Origin: Heteronotia binoei
Taxonomy: Eukaryota
Reading direction: 5' to 3'
DNA: 64,000 nt
Assembly (NCBI RefSeq): GCF_032191835.1
Contig: NC_083229.1
Span: forward strand, 43,958,001-44,022,000
Shown here piece after piece: positions 37,148 to 46,986 of this stretch; position 1 is the stretch's first letter, and each line of letters begins with the position of its first letter. A program made the translations under genes and the position numbers. The notes beneath the pieces were generated by a model. It searched no databases and was not told the DNA's origin. It saw only the letters and a list, made by a program, of their open reading frames with translations.

Positions 37148-37542
37148 TGATTTGCACACTACACCGGTTAATAGCATAATCAGGAAATAATTAGTAAAGT
37201 TCCAATGTGCTAAATCTGATCAAAAACAACAAAAACTGGTCGTTTTGGCATTTTAGTCAAAAATAAGTATGACTGAAAGAAAGAATAGAGAAGTGACATC
37301 TGTCTTCAAATGCATTGCCCTGAGCAATCACACCAGAAGGATAAATAGTGAGCAATGAGAAAAGTAAGAACAGAAATTTAAAACCTGCAAGATTAAAAAT
37401 ATAGCCAATCAAATTAAGGTCAATTTGGAAAAATACATGTACCAGGAAATTTGATGAATCAAATTACGTGTATATAAGGTATCAACTTTTAAGTTGAAAG
37501 CCTGTGTGAATAGAAATGAAAAGCCATTGCTCTGACAACAAT

Positions 37543-37680
37543 CTCAGAAAAATGGAAGGCTGAGTAAACTTGAGACAACTATCTGAATCCAGCTTCCACC
37601 AGGATCAAACTTAGGGTGTAAGCAGACCTCAAGACTGCAGTACTATAGCTTTAAAGCCATTGCTCTGCACCACGGGGCTT
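37543..37680 (-). mobile_element. Diverged Sauria SINE (Squam1) 5' part truncating gag
   Basis: Minus strand CCCCGTGGTGCAGAG...AAAGCTATAGTACTGCAGTC...GATCCTGG..GAAGCTGG...CTCAAG.TTACTCAGCCTTCCAT aligns with the Sauria SINE copy at 51702-52002. Confidence 0.8.
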
Positions 37681-38614
37681 TTTTTTCTGAATCCAAATTA
37701 GCATTTTCTTTGGCCAATTGCATCATCAATTTTCCTGTTGCATCAGGATTATCAATCTGTCTGCTGATTGATGCCTGAAGACAGTTGAGAAGGTTTAAAT
37801 AGAGCTGTTGTGGCTTGTAACAAACCATTGCAAAAATATGGGCTGGCTTCTGTTCTGTAGGTACCTTAGCAAAGTCCTGTAAAGCACATTCCACATTGTG
37901 GTCATCAGAGAGTCCTTCTAAAAGATTTTGCACATTGGTTCCCTCTGTGGCAATATCTCTGACAGCCTTTTGAGTTTCACTCAAGACAGAGTGGGACAAC
38001 ACAGTATAGTTAACAGCGTGTTGCCTATTTTCATTCTGTACAGATGTTACTGGGCATATCGATAAAGAGTCAGACAACTCTTCCCCTGTCAAATCTACAG
38101 GGCAAACAGACAACATTTCTACCAATTCTGGGACATTTTCCAATTTAGTCTGATCAAGTTCCTTCTCTAAAACTTCACAGACCATGCGTCCCTGGGCGTT
38201 AGATAGTGAGCCCATGGGTGGATCTGTTGGTGGAGGAGGGGAAAAAGGAGGAGGAAGAAAAGGAGAAGGAGGGGCAGGGGACATAAGTTGAACACCCATG
38301 TCTTTTAGGGAACAATCTTTAGAGAGGTGGCAGGGGTTAGAAACGGGCATAAATTTTTCTACTGCATTCCTGCATTTATGCCAGGTTTTAAGAATCTTAA
38401 CAGGAGATAGTGGCTCCATATGAAGAATATTGCCAATTTTCTCCCAGTCCTTTAGATTCAAGGAGCCACTCTGGGAGTACCATGGACATCGTTGTCTAAT
38501 TACTTTAAGAAGACTCTGTAACTGAGAGCAAGACACAGACCCGCTGGACTTTTTCACTAAGAATCTCAGTTCCTCTACATGTTTCTGTTCAGCCTGTGAT
38601 AAATTTGAACCCAT
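37643..38614 (-). CDS. gag: Truncated betaretrovirus-like Gag (MA, Pro-rich region, deleted CA; no NC), 323 aa
   Basis: MGSNLS myristoylation motif. CPWYSQSGSLNLKDWEKIG resembles HERV-K MA (CPWF..GTLDLKDW.RIG). Pro-rich spacer, CPV CA start, degenerate MHR, LAKENAN CA-CTD motif. The last ~12 codons come from a SINE. Confidence 0.9.
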   Translation of the reverse strand: MGSNLSQAEQKHVEELRFLVKKSSGSVSCSQLQSLLKVIRQRCPWYSQSGSLNLKDWEKIGNILHMEPLSPVKILKTWHKCRNAVEKFMPVSNPCHLSKDCSLKDMGVQLMSPAPPSPFLPPPFSPPPPTDPPMGSLSNAQGRMVCEVLEKELDQTKLENVPELVEMLSVCPVDLTGEELSDSLSICPVTSVQNENRQHAVNYTVLSHSVLSETQKAVRDIATEGTNVQNLLEGLSDDHNVECALQDFAKVPTEQKPAHIFAMVCYKPQQLYLNLLNCLQASISRQIDNPDATGKLMMQLAKENANLDSEKKAPWCRAMALKL

Positions 38615-38621
38615 TACTTAC
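38615..38621 (-). promoter_or_regulatory. Major splice donor of the provirus
   Basis: TTG|GTAAGTA directly abuts the gag ATG, the usual betaretroviral position. Confidence 0.75.
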
Positions 38622-38738
38622 CAAGTGAGGGGGGTCGTATAAATACGACGACAAGTGCACTTCTGGGGCCTTTCCTTCTAGGCGGTTGGTAAGTAGAACT
38701 GAGCGGCTACCGAAGCTTCTCTGCTATCGGAGTCGAGG

Positions 38739-38756
38739 GCCCCACGTTGGGCGCCA
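38739..38756 (-). other. Primer-binding site, tRNA-Lys1,2
   Basis: Minus strand reads TGGCGCCCAACGTGGGGC, the 18-nt Lys1,2 PBS known from HERV-K/JSRV/MPMV-type viruses, 2 nt after the LTR-terminal CA. Confidence 0.95.
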
Positions 38757-38758
38757 CA

Positions 38759-39179
38759 TGTAGGAAGCAACCACACAAGACACATGTCCTGGGAGAATTG
38801 CTCAGCTTGCAAGCCAGCAGTCTTTATTTTTATAGGATTTTGGTCTCAGATTTTGTCATCACAATCACAAGACTCGCACAAGGGACATGCAAAACATTTA
38901 CCGAAATACCGAAATCTACCATGACAATTATCCAGAAATAACTTGTCTCAAGGTGACAGACGTAAGAACATCTCTGTTTCCCCACATTTGAGAAAGTCCC
39001 TGCTGACCTTTGTCTGGGTAGCTAGACTCGTGATCTTCCCACCCATCTAGTGGTTGCTGGGTCAAAAAGTCATGTAACTGCTCTCTATAACTGGGGCAGT
39101 GTTAAGTATTTACTGCATGATGGGTAAGTGCTATGTGTTACTGATTCAGGGGTCCCTGGTCATGTTGAATGGTACCACA
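38759..39179 (-). repeat. 5' LTR (421 bp)
   Basis: Sense strand TGTGG...CCTACA. No mismatch to 32388-32808 on line-by-line reading. Followed by TG and then the PBS. Confidence 0.97.
38823..38834 (-). promoter_or_regulatory. Overlapping TATA box and AATAAA in the LTR
   Basis: Sense strand CCTATAAAAATAAAGAC about 65-75 nt from the LTR 3' end; same in the 3' LTR. Confidence 0.7.
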
Positions 39180-42100
39180 ATATAAGACACAACAGTCTTA
39201 GACAAGTTCTAGTTTATTACCGAAATTCATTGAGAGGAATGTGTATTTAACTTTAAGTAAGCATACTAGCATAAAAGTGTTTGATTAATCTAATCTTGAT
39301 TAATTTGTATGGAAATCAGCAGCATTAGACCCAGCTGCATTTTCTAGAATCGGGAGTTCTGACAACATTTAATTATCCACTGACAAATGCTTCTTATTTG
39401 TTTACCCTAATACTTCTCCAGGCTAAACATGATAATTGTTGTACATATGCACACTCCTAGCAGTATTGGCCATCTGATGACTCAGTCCAAGGGTGATATT
39501 AAATTGGTGGCTGGATATTCACTGGGTTAAAAGTTTGAGCAACTTCAGAGTGGGTAGGTATGCATCACTTCAGGGTTACATGCTTCTTGCTAAAATGATT
39601 TATGGTATCAGGAAAAACTTTACCCTCCAGGACTTGTGGAGAACTTACATAGTGCAACCAGAGAGAGGTAAACCTCTGTTAGTGTTGAACCTCATTAAAA
39701 ACATAAACCTGACTACCTGCACTGAATAATTCCCCCTAACGGTTGAAGATATGATGCATATATATTTAAACAAGTGTCTATTTTTATTGCTATCCTGTGT
39801 CCCTGTGGGATCTTTCATAATGAAAAACTGAACTGCAGGCAAGCCTTCAAGTTATTATGGTCAAAATGAGGATTTTTATTAACCATCGTGGCTTTATTTC
39901 TGGGGCTGATAATTACAAAAACATTTGAATTCCACTTTCACGGTGACTTATGCTTTTCCTTGGATGTAGGCAAAGTCTGGCAGTTTCAACCTCTAAGGAC
40001 TGATGGAAAATGATCACAGAAGAGATTTGCATCTACCTTGGAATACATGTCAGTTGAAGCAGAATACTTGCATTATGTACCTGTAATTCTGTTTCTTTTT
40101 CTGTTCAAACAAATGTGTATATCCTTTATATATAATTCCCATTTCGTCTTGGCAAATTTAAACTCTCTCATTGGTTGGAACTGGGTTGGATTGTAGTGCA
40201 TCAGCCTTTGGCCCGCAGAACCATCAATCAGCTGCTCTTGCATTGCAGTGGCTGACTCTGCTCTCTCCCACCCACTGCTGGCCCCTGGACAGACAAAGAA
40301 ACTGGGGGGAACTGCTAGGCAGTGGCTGCTGCTAGGCAACTAGCCTTGCTTCTCTCAGTAAAAAGCAATCAAGCTTGGTTCTCTCAGTAGAAGCCAGTGG
40401 GGGAGGCCCTTTCAAGTCCTATTTTGGCCTTTGAGGGAAAACTCATTGGTTGACTCCGCTTCTCTCTCTCACCCGAGTAGCTGTTGCTAGCCAGCTAAGC
40501 TGATTCTGTCAGTAAAAGGCAACCAACTTTGGTTCTGGCAATTTATGGCTCTCCCTACTCTCCCATTGGCTAAGTTGCCTGTCACACTGCTTTCCCTTTA
40601 CTGGTTGAGGGATGAAGGAGGAGGGAAAGAGCCATAGATAAAGCCTTCCCATGATTGGCTGAGGGAGGAGGAGGGAAGGCTTTCTCTCAGCTGGCTGAGG
40701 ACTCCCTTGATTGGTTGAGGGTTCCTCCCTGTCCTCTGAAAAGGAAACACCCAGTGATGGGGGGGAAATGGTGTCCTGTCACATAGGCCAGATACAGAGG
40801 AGACAGTTAGGGAGGGAAAACAAGAGACAGAGAGATTGAAGCCAGTGTTATCAGAGAGACAGTGTTGTTCTGAAAGATATCACTAAAGGACTTTGAGGGA
40901 GAACCCATTGGAACCAGTCCTGACGAGGGTTGCCGGTTCCAGGTTGGTGGGAAATTCCTGCAGATTTTGTGGTGGAGTTTGAGGAGAGCTTAGGCTTCAG
41001 AGTGGGGTCTGCCAGACCCAGATTCTTGCTGGGGAAACTGACTGGGTGATTTCAGACCAGTCACACACTTCCAGCCTCACCTACCTCACAGAGTTGTGAT
41101 GCAGATCAAAGAGAGGAGAAAAGATTGATGTAAGCTTCTTTGCCCCCCACCACCACTGTGGAGAAAGAAGTCCTATGTAGAGGCTGCAGGGAGGGGGGAG
41201 GTGACAGAAAGCTGAATTCAGAGAGGCAGATAAAGGGAAGGTGATAGGTTGCCAACTTCAGCTTAGGAAATTCCTGGAGATTTAAGGAGTGTAGCCTGGA
41301 GAGGGTGGAGTTTGAGGATGGATGGGACCTCAGACGGGTACAATGTCATACATGCCACCCTCTAAACCAGCCATTTCCTCCTGGAGCACCACCATTGCCA
41401 ATCTCCTGGTGAGGGCTCGAGTTCACTCAGGATTACAACTGCTCTCCAGATGGCAAAGATCAGCTCCTCTTGAGATGGGGTGGGGAGAGTGAATGCCTTC
41501 ACTTGGGTAGGTGGGAAGATAGCAAGGATGGAGGGCACTCATCCAGAGCCTCTTTCTAGAGCCCGTTGTATTTTTCTTCACAGCGGGCCCTATCCCTAGT
41601 AACGATATAAATAAGGACACCATGTGAGTTCTACTATGATTCCCCCTCTAAATTTCTTCGACTGTTATACTTAGAAGATGTATCCTGACAATAGAGTCAA
41701 ATTTCACAATAAGATGTGAACAAGCTTCTGACCATACACAAGTCAAGCTGGAAGACTGAATTTGTTATAAAATTCATTGACAGACTGAATTCATTCATTG
41801 TATATATCTTATGTCTCCTTTCAGACTTGATAATAACTTTTTCTGACATTATATAAAGAGAATGTAGGCCATGATAGAAATCATGATAGAAAGTTAAACA
41901 CTGTTAAGTTCACTTGCTCTCAATGGCAGAATTAAGCAGTTTGGTGTTTACAACGTCAGGTTAGGATCTGGGAGGGAGGCCCGGGTTCACATACTCAGAG
42001 TTCCTTGAAGCTCACTGAACAACATTGGACTAGTCAATCACAGCCTAACTTCCTTACTTGAGGAGAGGAAACCAACATACAGCACTCTGAGCTCTTGGAG

Positions 42101-43008
42101 GAAGGATGGGATAAAAAATGTACTAAACTGATCAATAATCTTATTGTTGCCATTGAAATCAATGAGACTCAATGACACTTGGCTTTGGCCAGCTTGTGGC
42201 AGTTGATTTTTCTTCCACAAACTGGCATGAATGCCTTCAAGGTAGAGCAAAGAAGTCAACTCAGTGGGGGCTGCAAAAGGCCATTTTTTGGGAAAAGATG
42301 ATAAATTAAAATGCATCCTGTTCTTGTTTGGACTCTTGACAGCTGGTTTTCTGCAGAACAGCTGTGTCCATCTGTGCCTGAGCTTTCCCATTTCTGCTCT
42401 TACAGTTGCTATGAGACCAGCCTGAGCAGGCAACTTCTGAAGAACCCTGCAATACCTTTAATGGGATGACTATTTAGGAGAGGCCAAGAGGCCCAAATTT
42501 CTGAATGGAAGAAGCAGTTGAACTCATTTACATGCCTGCTTTTAAACACAAAGTGTGATTCCAGTTTTCCTACGTGTAAGAGAACAGGTACACCTACCCC
42601 TCATCAGCTTTAGTATAGAAGCATGTACAAATGAAGTGTTTCCATAGCAATGCCCCTAGATAGTTGTACTGTTCCACTTGCCCCTCCTTTCCCATTATAA
42701 GCAAAGAGAATGCTGTAAAATCAGAGCTTTCAAATGGCAGAGATTATGTTTTGACATGTGATGCCATTAAGGCTATGTCATAAATTGCAGGGAGATGAAT
42801 ATGAAATCGGATGGACAGACTTTACCTCCTAAAAAGCCCAAAGGAAATGAATTTCAATACATGAATGAATTTTGCATCAGTTAGCTTGCATTTTTCTTAA
42901 ATTACACATTATTTTGGTTAACATTTGGCATAATTAACAGCCTAGTCTTGAACCTTGTAATGCTGACTAAGCAGCTGAGATCCTATGGTGGACACCAGCT
43001 GTTCCAGT

Positions 43009-43161
43009 CAGGGGTGGAATTCTAGCAGGAGTTCCTTTGCATATTAGGCCACACACCCCTGATGTAGCCAGGGGCTTACAAAAAAGAGCCTTGGAGGATT
43101 GGCTACATCAGGGGTGTGTGGCCTAATATGCAAAGAAGCTCCTGGTAGAATTCCATCCCTG
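43009..43161. mobile_element. Palindromic hAT MITE (CAGGGGTGGAATTC subfamily)
   Basis: TSD GTTCCAGT / GCTCCAGT. Confidence 0.88.
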
Positions 43162-43374
43162 GCTCCAGTAATGCAACAAAAATCTGACAGTTTTTGTTAT
43201 GCCGAAGCTGTAGCAAATGCAGATCCAGCTGAGTAACAATTTAGGATCAGTATACTGAAATGCTGTAATCCTACATCTCAAAGAGTTAGGAATCTTAACT
43301 CAAATACTCAGTTTCCCCTGTGAATTTTGCATTCTGCTCACTTTTTATGTTTAGTTTTGCTAAATAAAAAGTTG

Positions 43375-44045
43375 TAAGAACATAAGAAATTCAGAAGAGC
43401 CCTGCTGGATCAGACCGATGTTCCATCTAGCCCAGCATCCTGTCTCACACAGTGACCAACCAGTTTCTTTGGATAGCCTTCCCCTGATGTTGCCTCCTGG
43501 CTCTGGAATTCAGAGGATTAGTGCCTCTGAAATTAGAGATTCCCCCTAATCACCATGAATAGTAACCACTGATAGATTTATACTCAATGAATCTATCTAA
43601 TCCCCTTTAAAGATGTTTATTCCTGTGGCCATCATTACATCCTCTGGCAACAAATTCCATATTTTAATCCCACTGTGTAAAGTAGTATTACCTTTTGTCT
43701 GTCTTGAACATAGTGCCCATCAGCTTCATTGGATGACCTTGGGTTCTAGTATTTTGGAAGAAGAAAAACTTCTCTCTCAACTCTCTTTACCCCATGCATA
43801 ATTTTATAAACCTCTATCATGCCCCCCCCCAATTGTCTATTTTCTAAACTCTTCCATCTTTCTTCATAGAGAAGATGCTCCAACTCTCTAATAATCTTGG
43901 TTGCCATCCTCTGTACTTTTTCCAGCTCTGCAATGTCCTTTTTGAGATACGGTGACCTGAACAGTATTCCAAATGAGGCTGCACTATAGATTTATACAGG
44001 GACATTACTATACCAGCTGTTTTATTCTCAGTTCCTTTCCTAATA
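43375..44045 (-). mobile_element. CR1 LINE 3' fragment
   Basis: AAGAACATAAGAA tail at the left; antisense CR1 ORF2 C-terminal sequence. Confidence 0.85.
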
Positions 44046-46986
44046 ATCCCTAACTCATAGTGTAGTATATTGCAGTGTGGTTATCATATAAGTACAAAGT
44101 TGGGGAGATTCAAATTCAAATCTCGAATGAGGGAGTAAGTACATGCTATATTTTTTGCTGGGGACATCTCCAGATTGGTTTGTGTTCTGAAGCTATGCAC
44201 TTCCCAGGAGTTCTGTATGAGCTTGATTTGGATTGGGATGGTAGTATGCAAAGAGAGGGGTCTTCCCTCTGTACTTTTTTCCTGATAAGGAGTGGTCCCC
44301 AAGAGTTACCCCAGAAGCATATGTAGTGAAGAGCCACATTCATTTTCCACAACAGAGCAAACATGCCACCAAGGCTGTTATAGGGGAAAGTAGTGGTGTC
44401 GGACAGGGCTGGGTAACCAGTGGAAGACCAGGTTGGTTGGGGAGATGGGAGGGAAAGTGACTATAAATGAAAGTGTGACTTTTGGGGTGATGTCATTTCT
44501 GGATTTCCCATCAGTCCTCTCTAGGAATTGCCAAAAACTCAATGTTATAATCATACAATTTCCAGAGAATCCTAGACAGGCATGACATCACTTCTGAGTT
44601 TTCCAGAAGTGATGTAATACCATTGCCAACAGTGTTTTTAATTTTTCTTTCTACTGCTGCCGTTGGGAGTGCTGACAGGCACCTGGCAACCCTATGGGGA
44701 TGGTCTAAGACACCTTTCTCTGCATGCAGTGAACCTAGTCCTGTCAAGTCTGCACACACTTTGGATGTGTGGGATTTCAGAACTCACCTCTCCATCTGTC
44801 CAAAGAGCATTTTGTGTGGAAAGTAATGTGTACTTAAGCCCACAAAGCACACTGTGGGATAATGGACCCATCACCACCTCTCTGCCTCACCTATCTCACA
44901 GGATTGCCATGAGAGTAAAATGAAGGACAACCATGAATACTGCTCTGAACGCCTTGAAGAAAGGGGTGAGAAAAAAATGCAATGCATAGATAACTTCAAG
45001 CACCCAGATTCCTAAATATGGTGAATCAATGTGCTAAAGTTTGTGGACTGCTGATGAACATTTATGCAAGTTTATTCCAAGGCCACCCATCCCTTCTTAG
45101 AAGAGATTTGGGTAGCTTCTTTCCAGGGAGAAATTCAACAGGTGACCCTTTCCACATCACTACATTATTATGCTGAGAAAAGATGAGTCTGTTGCTTTGC
45201 TCTTGGATGTGCAGCTGCTCCAGGCTGCAGAGCATCTGGCAAAAGGGGGAAATGGCAGCCACCGTTTGTACAAGCAGTATATCTGGCTCAAAAAGGTTTA
45301 TGAAACGCTCCACACATTTGGCAACTTAATGCAGATGGGAGGGCGAGAAAGGGCTTCTTGAGTGTTTGAGGAATGGAAACAAATCCCCAGACATTAATGG
45401 GAAGCCCACCCTTTGTTTTTGGATCCCTTAGTATAATCATCAGACAGGCTGTCTGCTTTCAAACCTAGTCTAAGGGGAAAATTATACCCAAGGTGAATTC
45501 TGAAACAACTGTGTCATACGGAAACTGATCCTTCAGCTATTCTTATCTGCAAACGATGGGGCATTTGTTCCATTGAATGTCACAAGGATAAAGTCAGTCT
45601 AAAGTCTCAAGTTAGTTGCTGGCATTAGCGTAGAACCAATAAACCCAGGGAACGGGTCATAAAAAATAAACAAGACTTATGATCCCACTACCTCTGCAGC
45701 AAAGTGCTTTTCCTCTGCAGGTGGTTAGAGACTTTAAGAGCTACCTAATGTACACTTCAGAAGTCTTGAGATGGGCATCACTTACTCTCAGGCCCCTGTC
45801 AACACCTCACCTTCAAAGCTCAAATTATACTGTGAGGAAATCCTGGTCGTTTGACAGAAACATGAGAACTCATTCAAACATGCAGGAAATGTACACAATA
45901 CAAACATTGTTGGACTCTTACAATGTATGCAGAAGTTCACTTGCTTGACAGCTTATCCGCATCAGACTTTCCTTCCACTTGCATTCTGAGGGGGTACACA
46001 GCTCATTCTCATAGCTACAATGCTACATGCTGAGAGCTTGTACAGCACAGTGGTGAATCAAATTATCTGGAAGGTTCAGGATTCAAATCGCTCTTCGGCT
46101 TCAAACTCACTTAGGTGGCCTTATGCAAACTACTCTGCCTTAGATACCCATCTCCATTAGAGTATAATAATACTATCTTGCCTTACAGGGCTTTTGTAAA
46201 GATGGTGATAAGGTTGTATAAATCCCTTTGAGTATGGCAACTATGATGGTCTGCAGTAGGAGAACTAGATTCAAGTCCAGCAGCACCTTAGAGGTCAACA
46301 GGGTTTTCAGATATAAGTTTCCAAGAGTCAAAGCTGCCTTCTTCAGATACAGATAGGAATGGTATCTGATGAAGGGAGACTTGACTCTCAAAAGTTTATA
46401 TCCCAAAAATCTTGTTGGTCTCTAAGGAATAGAATTCATTTCTGAAACCTCTGTGGTTTCAGGTACTGGATTCCAATCTAGCTCTGAAACCACTACACAT
46501 AAGTGCTACGTAAGTATTATTATAAATATTAACATAACTGTGAAACGTTCACATGCCAACATGAAGTATTCTAGCCTAGTCTCATACTTTGCCATTTCCA
46601 GGGAGAGGTGGAGTCACATTCAGGTAAGTGATGTGTGTTCTGAGATGGCACAATTCTTTGAGGCCTGTACAATATGCATTTGAATTCTGCATCTAAAATT
46701 GTACAAGAATGCATTTAATTATCTCAAAAATTATGATGGTGAATAATGAATCTGATTAACCTAATTACAGCAAAAGAAGAACATGAAGCCCCATAACTTT
46801 GATATTGTGTGAGAAAAACAGAATAGTTTTCTTTTAAATCAACACTGGGAATGTTTTTCTTTAATTATGCACTGCAGCCATCTGAGCACTTTCATCCATA
46901 GTTGCACTACATCACAGGTATATAGTGCTGACACTGCATGCACTGCCATTCTCATGTTGCACCTGGAAGAAGGAATTAAGTTTCAT

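Larger units (their letters stand above)
32388..39179 (-). mobile_element. Non-autonomous class II (betaretrovirus-like) endogenous retrovirus, LTR to LTR
   Basis: Two 421-bp direct repeats with TG...CA ends; 6-bp TSD ATATAA at 32382-32387 and 39180-39185; tRNA-Lys1,2 PBS; betaretroviral-type gag; no recognisable pro or pol. Confidence 0.95.

Noticed and set aside
32388-39179. 421-bp segmental duplication unrelated to retroviruses
   Set aside because: TG...CA ends, TSD, PBS and gag define the repeats as LTRs.
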